The notes under the pieces are model-generated. The model saw nothing but the letters and a program-made list of their open reading frames with translations, had not been told where the DNA came from and made no database searches. Of a stretch of 64,000 nucleotides of DNA, positions 20,327-29,560 are shown piece after piece (position 1 is the first letter of the stretch; each line of letters starts with the position of its first letter). Source of the stretch: an uncultured Planctomycetales bacterium (lineage in GTDB: Bacteria; Omnitrophota; Gorgyraeia; Zapsychrales; Zapsychraceae); assembly GCA_964535935.1 (NCBI GenBank), contig CAZHWM010000004.1, forward strand, positions 47,569 to 111,568. The letters are read 5' to 3'. The position numbers and the translations under genes are program-made.

Positions 20327-22975
20327 ATGAAAAAAAATATTTTTTATAAGAGACAGTTAAGATTGATAGTTGCAGTGTTATTGTTGATATCTCTATGCAT
20401 AGTAACAAGGGTATATGCAGTTCAGGAAGCGAAGGAGTTATTTTTTGTCGCTCAGGAGGCATTTGAGGATGGTTTCTATGATGTAGCTATTCGTTATATT
20501 AACCAACTTTTGGAAAAATATCCTGATACGGAACGTAATGTTAAAGCGAAATTGTTGTTGGGGCAATGTTATTTTTTTAAAAAAGAATATTTAAAGGCAT
20601 ATGATACCTTTCATGATTTACTTCAATACACAGAGTTGAAGGACGCGACCTTGTTTTGGTTAGGGGAGACTTATCTTAAGGGAGCGGATTATAAAGAGGC
20701 AGAAAAACATTATAAAGAGTTAATCGAATTGTATCCTGATTCTATATATACGCCACAGGCATATTATTCGTTAGGCTGGCTTTATTTTGACCAGAAAGAA
20801 TTCAAGAAGGCTGGTAAGATGTTCAAAAAGTTGGTGCATAAATTTCCAAAACACCAATTATGTGAAGAGGCAAGATTTAAATTAGGAGAAATTAAATTTG
20901 ATCGAGGTAAATATAAGGAGGCTTTACGATATTTTGAAGAATATTTAAAAGCCTATCCTCAGTCTACCCGGAGGGCTGATGCATATTTTATTATGGGGGA
21001 GTCTTGTTATAGCCTTAATGATTTCCTTACAGCTATTACTTATTATACTAAAGCGGCTGATATAGCATATGATAGTAATTTGATATTAATGGCTAAGGTA
21101 AGTTTAGGCTGGTGCTATTTAAAGCTTGGCAAGTATAATATATCTCAGAAATATTTTGATGCCGCAGAAAAATTTGCTAAACAAAAGGGGATTGATTCAG
21201 ATGATATATATTTAGGGAAAGCGAGTTTATTTACAGAAACAGGTGAGTATAAAAAAGCATTGGATGCATATTCCCAATTGATAGAACGGTTCCCTAAAAG
21301 TAAGAGGATTTTTGAGGCATATTTGGGTAAGGCAAATACTTATTATAAATTAAAACAATACTTATTTGCTATCCGTACTTATAAAGAATTAATTAATAAG
21401 TTATCCGTCTTGGATAGAGGAGCAAGTACAGTTGCAGGTAGTAGGTCTACTAGAATGTATTATGGGCAAGGTGCCACGGCATCTGAGATTGTAAATAATC
21501 ATAATAGTCCTTTATTAAACACTTCTTCATTGTCTTATACAAAACATCAACCACTTTCTAAGGATTATAAGGATATATTAGAAAAGGCATATTTTGGCCT
21601 TGCTTGGTCATATCTAAAATCAGGTGATGTTGATTCCTCTATAAAGATATTTCGTACAGTAAAAGATAAAACCGATAATGAGATAGTAGAAATAAGTGCT
21701 CTAGCCCAGATAGGAGATGCTTATCAAGATATAGGACAGTATAATAAGGCAATAGAAGTTTATGATGAGATATTAAAGGAATATTCTAATAGCCCTTATT
21801 TAGATTATGTCCAGTATCGCCAGGGAATAGCTCTTTTAAAATCTGATAAAGTAAAGGCTGCAGTCCTTTCTTTTGAAACTCTTAAGGCAAATTTTCCGGA
21901 GAGTAAATTTCTTAAAGATGTAAAGTATTACTTGGCAGTGTCATATTTTAAGATGGGGGATTGGTCAAATACGATTGAGCAAATGAATGATTTCATAGCT
22001 TCTTCCTCTGAAAAGGATAAACGTTCTATAGGGGAGGCCTATTATATTCTGGCATTAGCAGAGTTTAATATAGCTGAATATAAAAAGGCCTTAAAGAGTT
22101 TTAATTATATTATTAAACAATATAAATCTGAAGATAGGTTGATTGGGAAGTCAGAGATAGGGATTGCTAAGTGCTATTATAGAATAGGCAAGGTAGATGA
22201 GTCGATAAAGAGATTTAAGATTTTGGTTTATAAATATCCGAATTCTTCAATAGAGGCAGATGCGTTGATTTGGTTAGGGGATTATTATTTAGGAGTTTCG
22301 GACTTTGATAATGCCATTGATTATTATTCCCAATTCGTTAAGGAGTTTCCTGAGCATAAACAGATAAATATGGTCCTTTACGATTTGGGACAGGCATATT
22401 TTGCAAAAGAGGAATATGATAAGGCCTTAAATGCTTTTAAAAGAATTGACAGGAAAGACATTGAATTGTATGCTAAGGCAAGACTTGTTATTGCAGAAAT
22501 ATTTTCCCGTAAATTGGAGCCAGATGCTGCTATAGATACATACAATAGCATTATAAAAACTTCTCCAGAATTTAAACGTGATGCCTATGTGAAGATAGCG
22601 GAAATTTATAAGGGATTGGGAGAGTATAATAAAGCTATTGCTGCATATAAATCCGCTCTTTCAGCAAAATTAGGACGTAGCAGAACAGAGGCAGTCGAGA
22701 TACGGTTTCTTATTGGTGATGCTTATGAGTTGATGGGTAATCCTTTAAAGGCAGTAGATGAATATTTTAAAATACCATATCTTTATAAAAATAAAAAACA
22801 TTGGGTTGTTAAGGCATATCTTAATATTGCTAAGGTGTTCGAGAATGAGGGGAAGTGGTCTGAAGCTAAAAAGATATATGAAAAGATTATTGGGTTACAT
22901 ACCGATGAAGCAAAATTTGCAAAAGAGAGAATTGAGTGGATGAGAGCACATAATTTGATTGGATGGGAAGGATAG
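20327..22975 (+). CDS. Large tetratricopeptide-repeat protein with N-terminal signal/anchor
   Basis: 882 aa; numerous TPR-like Y/A/L-rich 34-aa repeats; hydrophobic N-terminus; 13 bp after uvrA and directly upstream of exbB. Confidence 0.7.
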   Translation: MKKNIFYKRQLRLIVAVLLLISLCIVTRVYAVQEAKELFFVAQEAFEDGFYDVAIRYINQLLEKYPDTERNVKAKLLLGQCYFFKKEYLKAYDTFHDLLQYTELKDATLFWLGETYLKGADYKEAEKHYKELIELYPDSIYTPQAYYSLGWLYFDQKEFKKAGKMFKKLVHKFPKHQLCEEARFKLGEIKFDRGKYKEALRYFEEYLKAYPQSTRRADAYFIMGESCYSLNDFLTAITYYTKAADIAYDSNLILMAKVSLGWCYLKLGKYNISQKYFDAAEKFAKQKGIDSDDIYLGKASLFTETGEYKKALDAYSQLIERFPKSKRIFEAYLGKANTYYKLKQYLFAIRTYKELINKLSVLDRGASTVAGSRSTRMYYGQGATASEIVNNHNSPLLNTSSLSYTKHQPLSKDYKDILEKAYFGLAWSYLKSGDVDSSIKIFRTVKDKTDNEIVEISALAQIGDAYQDIGQYNKAIEVYDEILKEYSNSPYLDYVQYRQGIALLKSDKVKAAVLSFETLKANFPESKFLKDVKYYLAVSYFKMGDWSNTIEQMNDFIASSSEKDKRSIGEAYYILALAEFNIAEYKKALKSFNYIIKQYKSEDRLIGKSEIGIAKCYYRIGKVDESIKRFKILVYKYPNSSIEADALIWLGDYYLGVSDFDNAIDYYSQFVKEFPEHKQINMVLYDLGQAYFAKEEYDKALNAFKRIDRKDIELYAKARLVIAEIFSRKLEPDAAIDTYNSIIKTSPEFKRDAYVKIAEIYKGLGEYNKAIAAYKSALSAKLGRSRTEAVEIRFLIGDAYELMGNPLKAVDEYFKIPYLYKNKKHWVVKAYLNIAKVFENEGKWSEAKKIYEKIIGLHTDEAKFAKERIEWMRAHNLIGWEG

Positions 22976-23065
22976 CCCTTTCAAAAGTTGTAGGTTTTGT
23001 CTTGGTTTTTATTCCCAGATTGTGATTTATCTTTAATTAGAATAAGTAATTAGGAGGAAAAGCTA

Positions 23066-23722
23066 ATGAATGGACTTTGGCAGATGAATATATGGACTAT
23101 GATAAAGGCGGGTGGCCCAATTATGATTCCAATATTGTTGTGTTCTTTTTTTGGTGTAGCTATTATTATTGAAAAATTACTATATTTTAGAAGTATTAAG
23201 GACGATATAGTTAGACTTAAGCAACATGTCTTTGAGTTTATTAAAGAAAATAGAATGAAGGAAGCGATAGAGCTTTGTGATAGAAGCCCTTCCCCGGTTG
23301 CTAAGATAATGAAGGCAGGTATTATTAAATTCGGTTGTTCTAGGGAAGAGATAAAGGAAAGTATGGAGGATGCGAGTTTGTTTGAGATCCCAAAATTAGA
23401 AAGTAAGATAAGCGCCTTGGCAACGATAGCACATATAAGTCCGTTATTAGGGCTTTTAGGTACTGTTACGGGGATGACTGCTAGTTTTAGTATGATACAG
23501 AGACAGGCAGCTTCTCTTAATCCTGTAACTCCTGGTGATTTGGCAGGGGGTATCGGAGAGGCGCTTTTGACAACAGTAGCGGGTCTTATTGTGGCTATTC
23601 CTGCTTTTGTCGCATATAATTATTTTGTAAATCGCATTAATCATTTTATCTTGGATATGGAGAGGGCAGCCACTGAGTTGGTTAATTATATGTGTCAAAT
23701 TGCAGAGCAAGGAGTTGATTAG
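23066..23722 (+). CDS. MotA/TolQ/ExbB family proton channel
   Basis: 218 aa, three TM segments, conserved TolQ/ExbB C-terminal region; AGGAGG RBS. Confidence 0.85.
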   Translation: MNGLWQMNIWTMIKAGGPIMIPILLCSFFGVAIIIEKLLYFRSIKDDIVRLKQHVFEFIKENRMKEAIELCDRSPSPVAKIMKAGIIKFGCSREEIKESMEDASLFEIPKLESKISALATIAHISPLLGLLGTVTGMTASFSMIQRQAASLNPVTPGDLAGGIGEALLTTVAGLIVAIPAFVAYNYFVNRINHFILDMERAATELVNYMCQIAEQGVD

Positions 23723-23769
23723 TTTTAAAATAGCTTTAATATTTAATAATATTTAACTTAAGATAACAA

Positions 23770-24174
23770 ATGAAATTTAGGAGACATACCAAATTAGAAT
23801 ATGGGTTGGAGCAGATAGATATAGCTCCTCTTATAGATGTAATTTTTCAGTTGTTGATATTTTTTATGTTGTCTTCCTCCTTTACTTTTCAGACTGGAAT
23901 TAAGGTGAGTCTGCCAAAGGCAGTGACTAGTGATGCAATAAAGGATGAGAATCTTATTATAACTATTACGCGTGAAAATGTTATTTATCTGAATGGTAAA
24001 GTAGCAACTATGGAAGAATTACGGCATCAGCTTAGCAAAGCAGCAGACAATGGTAGGGCATTATTGATAAAGGCAGATAGACGGGCATCTGTAGGTAGAA
24101 TAGTTGATGTCTGGGATTTGTGTAGAAATTTGGGTATTGAGAAGATAAATATAGCTACAAACCAAGGAAGCTAA
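23770..24174 (+). CDS. ExbD/TolR family biopolymer transport protein
   Basis: 134 aa, single N-terminal TM (IDVIFQLLIFFML) plus periplasmic domain typical of ExbD/TolR. Confidence 0.85.
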   Translation: MKFRRHTKLEYGLEQIDIAPLIDVIFQLLIFFMLSSSFTFQTGIKVSLPKAVTSDAIKDENLIITITRENVIYLNGKVATMEELRHQLSKAADNGRALLIKADRRASVGRIVDVWDLCRNLGIEKINIATNQGS

Positions 24175-24236
24175 AGGATTAGGGAATAACATTAGGGGTT
24201 GATAAAATTTTAGGTGGAATTAATTATTTTTAAGAT

Positions 24237-24662
24237 ATGTCACTACGACAACATGGATTGTTCCTTTTGTCATTAACGTTTTCAATATTCGCACAATTTT
24301 TGCTATTTAAAAAGATAGTGATTGTGCCGATAGAGTATCATCCAGGGGAAAAACCCCAGATAGTATTTTTAGGTGCAATTTTAAAAAATGTGAGGACTCC
24401 ATTGATAACGACGGATAACTATGTAAGCAAGTATTTTGTTTATAATGATATAATACCTATTTCAAATGAAGATTTTCGTAATATATTAGTAGATAAACCT
24501 ATTTGTTATGTAACAGATGAAGGGAAATATCCTAAGGGTTATCCCCCAAAGACAGTGTTTCCTTTAAAGCCAATAGTAGAAGATAATGAAACTTTAGACA
24601 TGGAAAATAGTGGTATCTTAAAGATACAACCATATCTGCCATTACGATTTTATATAAAATGA
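24237..24662 (+). CDS. Hypothetical membrane-anchored protein (possible TonB/TolA-like partner)
   Basis: 141 aa, N-terminal TM helix, Pro-rich stretch (YPKGYPPKTVFPLKP); its position after exbBD suggests an energy-transducer partner, but nothing in the sequence confirms this. Confidence 0.3.
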   Translation: MSLRQHGLFLLSLTFSIFAQFLLFKKIVIVPIEYHPGEKPQIVFLGAILKNVRTPLITTDNYVSKYFVYNDIIPISNEDFRNILVDKPICYVTDEGKYPKGYPPKTVFPLKPIVEDNETLDMENSGILKIQPYLPLRFYIK

Positions 24663-24898
24663 TACAACTTACTATAAATACTGCTGTTGCTATTTATGTT
24701 TCTTTTTTTATTTTTCTTGTATTTAGTTTATGGTTATTTTATGATTATAATGAAAAAATTGGCATATATGACGTTAAGTTTTTAAGACAGTGTCCATTTT
24801 GTACATATTTATTTTTTTATTATAATAATAAAGGAAAGGATGAAACTATTTTATGTCCGAGATGTAAAAGTCATTTTGAATATATACCCAAAAAATGA
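24659..24898 (+). CDS. Hypothetical small membrane protein with C-terminal zinc ribbon
   Basis: 79 aa; one TM helix; CPFC…(x21)…CPRC; start overlaps the upstream stop (ATGA). Confidence 0.4.
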   Translation: MIQLTINTAVAIYVSFFIFLVFSLWLFYDYNEKIGIYDVKFLRQCPFCTYLFFYYNNKGKDETILCPRCKSHFEYIPKK

Positions 24899-24926
24899 GA
24901 TAGGGACATTTATTTGATGGCTTATT

Positions 24927-25268
24927 ATGTTAAAAGAATTAAGAAAGGATAATGAAGGTGTTGTTTTTGTTACGGTTATAATGATAATAACGGTAGTGAT
25001 AGCACTTGTTGTGAGTATATTAGGGCTAAATACTACACGTGTTAAAACCACAGAAAGTGAGATAAGACAGATACAGTCGGAATTATTGGCTGAAGGGGCC
25101 TTAGATTTATTTTTATCAAATCAACTTTCAGATTCCGCAGGGAATTTTATTAGTGATTCCCTATATATAGGTCCTTATTTATTTAATATAAGTGCTAATC
25201 TTTATAGTAGTGGGACAGGTATTTTTGGGACTTCAAAACTGAATATAGATGTAGTTTATTCAGAATAA
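24927..25268 (+). CDS. Hypothetical pilin-like protein (N-terminal hydrophobic helix, no canonical prepilin site)
   Basis: 113 aa; N-terminus KDNEGVVFVTVIMIITVVIALV resembles a minor pseudopilin lacking Glu+5; lies just upstream of pilM. Confidence 0.3.
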   Translation: MLKELRKDNEGVVFVTVIMIITVVIALVVSILGLNTTRVKTTESEIRQIQSELLAEGALDLFLSNQLSDSAGNFISDSLYIGPYLFNISANLYSSGTGIFGTSKLNIDVVYSE

Positions 25269-25307
25269 GATGTTGTTTAATACTACCTTTAAAGATAAAC
25301 TGGGAAG

Positions 25308-26837
25308 ATGATGGAACAAGGAACACAGATAGGTATGTTTTGGGCTAGTAATTATTTGTTTTTTGTAGAAGCCCGAGGGATAGATATCGTTAAGACCTTT
25401 AAAGTTTCAATTAAAGCAAAGCTATCTGGCGGGATAGGTGTAGCTAAGATAGAGGAGGGTATACAGTTGGCTTCTATCCCCCCAGAAGATCTTCCTGATA
25501 ATAGTCTTATTAATATTTCTTTGCCCGCACAAGATATTCTTTTCCGTTCTTTTGTTGTTCCATGGGTAAGTGCAAATGAGATAAAGTCAGTGGTAGAGTT
25601 TGAGGTTTTGAAATATATTCCATTTAGCCTGGAAGATTTGGTTTATTCTTTCCATTCTACAGTATGCACCAAAGATAATCTTCGATCATTGCGTATAATT
25701 TTTGTTGGTATAAAAAATACGGTGTTACAAAGATATTTGAACTATGTAAGGGAGGCAGGTAAAGAGCTTAATTATGTTGAACCAGGGGCAGTGGCTTTAA
25801 TTAGAGGTCTTTTGGTCAAGGATATTATTTCCATAGAACAAACTATTGCTATCGTAGAGAAAGATGATAAGGATGGAAAAATAATTATAACGACTCAGGG
25901 TGAACCGTTGTTTGTTAGAGAGTTTCAATTAAGACCAGCTTATGAAGAAGGGGAAGAGGATAACGATAGATGGAGTACTCGACTTATAGATGAGGTGAAT
26001 ATTTCATTGGATTACTTTTGCAGACAGGAAAATATGCCAAGTGTAGAGAAGGTTATATTTTTATCGATAATCCCATCCGATATAGTGATAAAGAAATTAG
26101 AGGGGAAGATATCGTTACCTATACAGGTAGTTTCTGTTCAGGAGATATTTCATGATGATGGACTTAATTCAATAAGTTTTCTAAAGGCTTATGGTTCTGC
26201 TGTAGCGGGACAGAAACTTCCTGTATATTTTGAGTTATCAGGCGAGAAGAAAAATCCACATATTCAAATTTCGTCTTATGATGAAGGGTTGGGTTATAAA
26301 GAAATTGCTAAGACAGCGGTAGTGTGTGTATTGGCTATTATATTAACTTTGGTTGTTACTAATAATTTGCTCAGGGAACATAGACATAAGATTGATATGT
26401 TAAGAAAAGATTTAGGAGAATATCAAAGTGTTTCCATAGATAAGGTTAGGGTGAAGAACATAAATTTAAAAAATAGATTAAAAATGTTAAAAGATATTCG
26501 CTTAAAGAGTGATGTCCATTTTTTTTTAAAACTCATACCTACGCTGTTGCCATCGGGGACATGGATTAAGGATATAGATATTACTTATTTAGATACATTT
26601 AAAAAAAATAAAAAAGGTAAAGAGTCAGAAGGGGGGAAAGGGGAAATTAGTATTAGTATGTCAGGTTATGCTTACTTAGATGACATAAAGGAACAGTTTA
26701 GGCAGGTTAATGAATTATTGAAGAATTTAAAGGATGAAAAACGATTTTCAAGATTTTTTGATAATATTAATTTAGAAACTAATATTACAAGATTAGATGA
26801 TTACACTGTGACAGTGTTTAAGATTCAATGTAGATAA
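25308..26837 (+). CDS. Type IV pilus assembly PilM-PilN fusion protein
   Basis: 509 aa: an N-terminal ~320-aa actin-like PilM-like region (…VEPGAVALIRGL…), then a TM helix (AVVCVLAIILTLVV) and a coiled-coil/periplasmic PilN-like tail. Confidence 0.6.
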   Translation: MMEQGTQIGMFWASNYLFFVEARGIDIVKTFKVSIKAKLSGGIGVAKIEEGIQLASIPPEDLPDNSLINISLPAQDILFRSFVVPWVSANEIKSVVEFEVLKYIPFSLEDLVYSFHSTVCTKDNLRSLRIIFVGIKNTVLQRYLNYVREAGKELNYVEPGAVALIRGLLVKDIISIEQTIAIVEKDDKDGKIIITTQGEPLFVREFQLRPAYEEGEEDNDRWSTRLIDEVNISLDYFCRQENMPSVEKVIFLSIIPSDIVIKKLEGKISLPIQVVSVQEIFHDDGLNSISFLKAYGSAVAGQKLPVYFELSGEKKNPHIQISSYDEGLGYKEIAKTAVVCVLAIILTLVVTNNLLREHRHKIDMLRKDLGEYQSVSIDKVRVKNINLKNRLKMLKDIRLKSDVHFFLKLIPTLLPSGTWIKDIDITYLDTFKKNKKGKESEGGKGEISISMSGYAYLDDIKEQFRQVNELLKNLKDEKRFSRFFDNINLETNITRLDDYTVTVFKIQCR

Positions 26838-26891
26838 GGAATATATTTTATTTATAAAAATTGTGTTGTTTATAGTCTGTGGAGAGGATGG

Positions 26892-27506
26892 ATGAATATA
26901 AAAGATCTAAGTAAGATAGATGTAAAGGATTTAAAGGATATAGATTTTAATGCACTTTTAAAGGATCTGCAGGGACGCCCAACTCTTTTAGTTAATATTT
27001 TATTGATTATTATTACTTTATTTGTAATAATACAAATTATAGTAGGGTATAAAACTAAAGTAAAAATTATACATAAAGAGATTCCAACTTTGGAAGAGAA
27101 GAAACAGGTGATCCAAGAGGCACAAAAGATAAAAAAAAATTATAAAACATTTTGGGATAAGCTTCCTCCTACAATATCTAAGGATAAGTTTATAGAATTA
27201 ATTTCAGATTTGGCTATAGCTAATAATATACAGATAATTTCTTTGTCACCAGTTGATAAAAGAGATGATGAGAATAAGGAGATACTGACCACATCTTTAA
27301 CTATTTTGGCTACTTCTAAGAATAATTATGATGATTTATTATCATTTATTAAGGCATTAGAGAATACTCTTTATGCAATAAGAATAGATGAATGGACTGT
27401 GAAGACAGGTGGACATGTTTTTCATCGCTTTTCAGCAAAAAAGCAGGATAGTAGTTCTATAAAATCGAGGTTGAAAATTACAGCAATTAATCTTAAACAT
27501 GATTAG
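26892..27506 (+). CDS. PilO-like pilus assembly protein
   Basis: 204 aa, single N-terminal TM (LLVNILLIIITLFVIIQIIV) then a coiled-coil/periplasmic domain; position after PilN. Confidence 0.5.
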   Translation: MNIKDLSKIDVKDLKDIDFNALLKDLQGRPTLLVNILLIIITLFVIIQIIVGYKTKVKIIHKEIPTLEEKKQVIQEAQKIKKNYKTFWDKLPPTISKDKFIELISDLAIANNIQIISLSPVDKRDDENKEILTTSLTILATSKNNYDDLLSFIKALENTLYAIRIDEWTVKTGGHVFHRFSAKKQDSSSIKSRLKITAINLKHD

Positions 27507-27987
27507 ACTATTTGTTATATTATATTTTATTTGTTATTTGGGATTTTTTCAAATAGGTGTTTTATGGGCATGGACATATAATCCATTTAAACCCAAGTTG
27601 CCTGAATGGCCGGGAAAAAAGACAGTTCCTCACAAAAAGAAGAAAAAGATTAAACCTAAAAAAATACGACCCATTCTACCTAACCCTATTCCTTCTATCA
27701 AAAATGAATATCATAAAAAAAATAAATATTATAGGAAAAAAAAGATAGGGGATAAAAGATCTAAACAACCAGTAACAAGACAAAAATCATTAAGTCCAGT
27801 TCCTCCTTTGCCAAGATTAGAAGTTACAGGTGTGGTTTGGAATAGTGATAGGCCCCAAGCTATTATTAATAATACAGTGGTAGGGATTGGGGATATTATT
27901 GAGAATACTAAAATAAAGGTGGTAGATATAAGAAAGGATGCGATTGATATAATATTTGCGGGAAAGAAAATTACTATTACTCCATGA
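27499..27987 (+). CDS. PilP-like periplasmic pilus assembly protein
   Basis: 162 aa; signal peptide, Lys/Pro-rich linker, C-terminal beta domain (…EVTGVVWNSDRPQAIINN…KVVDI…); directly upstream of the secretin. Confidence 0.45.
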   Translation: MIRLFVILYFICYLGFFQIGVLWAWTYNPFKPKLPEWPGKKTVPHKKKKKIKPKKIRPILPNPIPSIKNEYHKKNKYYRKKKIGDKRSKQPVTRQKSLSPVPPLPRLEVTGVVWNSDRPQAIINNTVVGIGDIIENTKIKVVDIRKDAIDIIFAGKKITITP

Positions 27988-28061
27988 AACTTGACAGGAT
28001 GTTTTATTAGAAGTAAAATAATATTTTCTAAAGAAGGCAAGATAAAAGGAGTTTTTTTATA

Positions 28062-29543
28062 ATGATAAAAAAAATTATAATATATATTATTATAATAGGA
28101 ATAGCTGCGCTATCATGGTGTTTCAGAGTTTTTGCAATGGAAGATTATTATTCAGATTTATACGGTTATGAAAAACCTCAGAAAACAATCTCAATGGATT
28201 TTAAAAATGCCTCTTTAAGTGATGTGCTTAAAATTTTTTCTCAACAATCAGGACTCAATTTTATCGCATCTGCTGATATTTCTAATAAAAAGATTAATCT
28301 CTATCTAGATCACGTACCAGTAGAGGAGGCACTCGAACGTATATTGTCTGCTAATAATTTAACCTATGAGATAAAAGAAGGAAGTAATATTTTTGTGGTT
28401 AAAAGACTACAGAAACCGGTTAAAGAACTAATGACAAGAGTATATAGATTAAAATATGCAACTGTATCTAATTCTAAATTGAATTTTACTTTAAGTAAAG
28501 ATCCAGAGTCTGGGGGTGGGACTCCTTCATTTAATAAGAGGAGAGCAGATGGTATTGTTGCCGCTGTAAGAGCACTTCTTACGCCAGATGGTCGTTTAGT
28601 AGAAGATAGTAGAACAAATAGCATTATAGTTACAGATGTGCCTAGTGTTTTCCCTGAAATAGAACAGACAATAGCTAGGCTGGATGTAAAGGTACCCCAG
28701 ATATTAATTGAAGTTGAGATGTTGGATGTTTCCAAAAATGATATTGATAAATTAGGAGTGGAATTTGGAGAAACTCCAGTTGCTTTCAGTGGAGGAGCTA
28801 GAGAGGATGTTTGGCCGTTTAATACTGATAATGCTAAGGATGATGGATATTCTATTGGAAGCGATAGGTATCAGACAAGTAAGATTGATTTTACTGGACT
28901 TAAATTTTGGCTTAGTTTTTTAAAAAGTTGTTCAGATACTAAGAGTTTAGCTCGCCCCAAAATTCTTACTTTGAATAATCAAACGGCTATTATTCAAATT
29001 AAAACAGACGAAGCGATAGGAGTGGCTTCTGTGACAACTACAGCAGGATCTCAGGGAATAACTACTGCAGAGGCGGAGCGAGTTGAGACAGGGGTGATTC
29101 TTAAAGTTACGCCTCAAGCTAACCTTGCTACCCGAGAGATAGTTATGGCTATAGAACCTAGAGTTATAGCAACAGGAGAAGACGTCACTTTTTCTACAGG
29201 AGCAGGGACAGCCTCTTTTAAGAATCCAGAAGAACGTAGTACACGTTCTATTCTACGAGTGAAAGATGGGGATACTGTAATTATTGGAGGGCTTGTTCGA
29301 AGTGAGGCTTCTAAAAAAAAGTTGAGAGTTCCTTTATTAGGGAGTATTCCTATATTAGGTATGGCATTTAGGAATAAGGATGATTCAGCTAAAGAGAGAG
29401 AATTAATGATATTTATTACTCCAACCATAATTGATGATACCCTGCCACAAAGGGTTGCCTCCGAAGAGTTTATTAGAGAAAGAAGTTTGCCTGCCCAAAA
29501 AGTAATGGCAATTAATAAAGAATTTTCACGTTTTTCAAAATAA
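28062..29543 (+). CDS. Secretin (PilQ/GspD family), compact
   Basis: 493 aa; signal peptide, two secretin_N-like domains, C-terminal secretin domain (…VPLLGSIPILGMAFRNK…ELMIFITPTII). Confidence 0.85.
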   Translation: MIKKIIIYIIIIGIAALSWCFRVFAMEDYYSDLYGYEKPQKTISMDFKNASLSDVLKIFSQQSGLNFIASADISNKKINLYLDHVPVEEALERILSANNLTYEIKEGSNIFVVKRLQKPVKELMTRVYRLKYATVSNSKLNFTLSKDPESGGGTPSFNKRRADGIVAAVRALLTPDGRLVEDSRTNSIIVTDVPSVFPEIEQTIARLDVKVPQILIEVEMLDVSKNDIDKLGVEFGETPVAFSGGAREDVWPFNTDNAKDDGYSIGSDRYQTSKIDFTGLKFWLSFLKSCSDTKSLARPKILTLNNQTAIIQIKTDEAIGVASVTTTAGSQGITTAEAERVETGVILKVTPQANLATREIVMAIEPRVIATGEDVTFSTGAGTASFKNPEERSTRSILRVKDGDTVIIGGLVRSEASKKKLRVPLLGSIPILGMAFRNKDDSAKERELMIFITPTIIDDTLPQRVASEEFIRERSLPAQKVMAINKEFSRFSK

Positions 29544-29560
29544 GTAATAGAGGGGAATTT

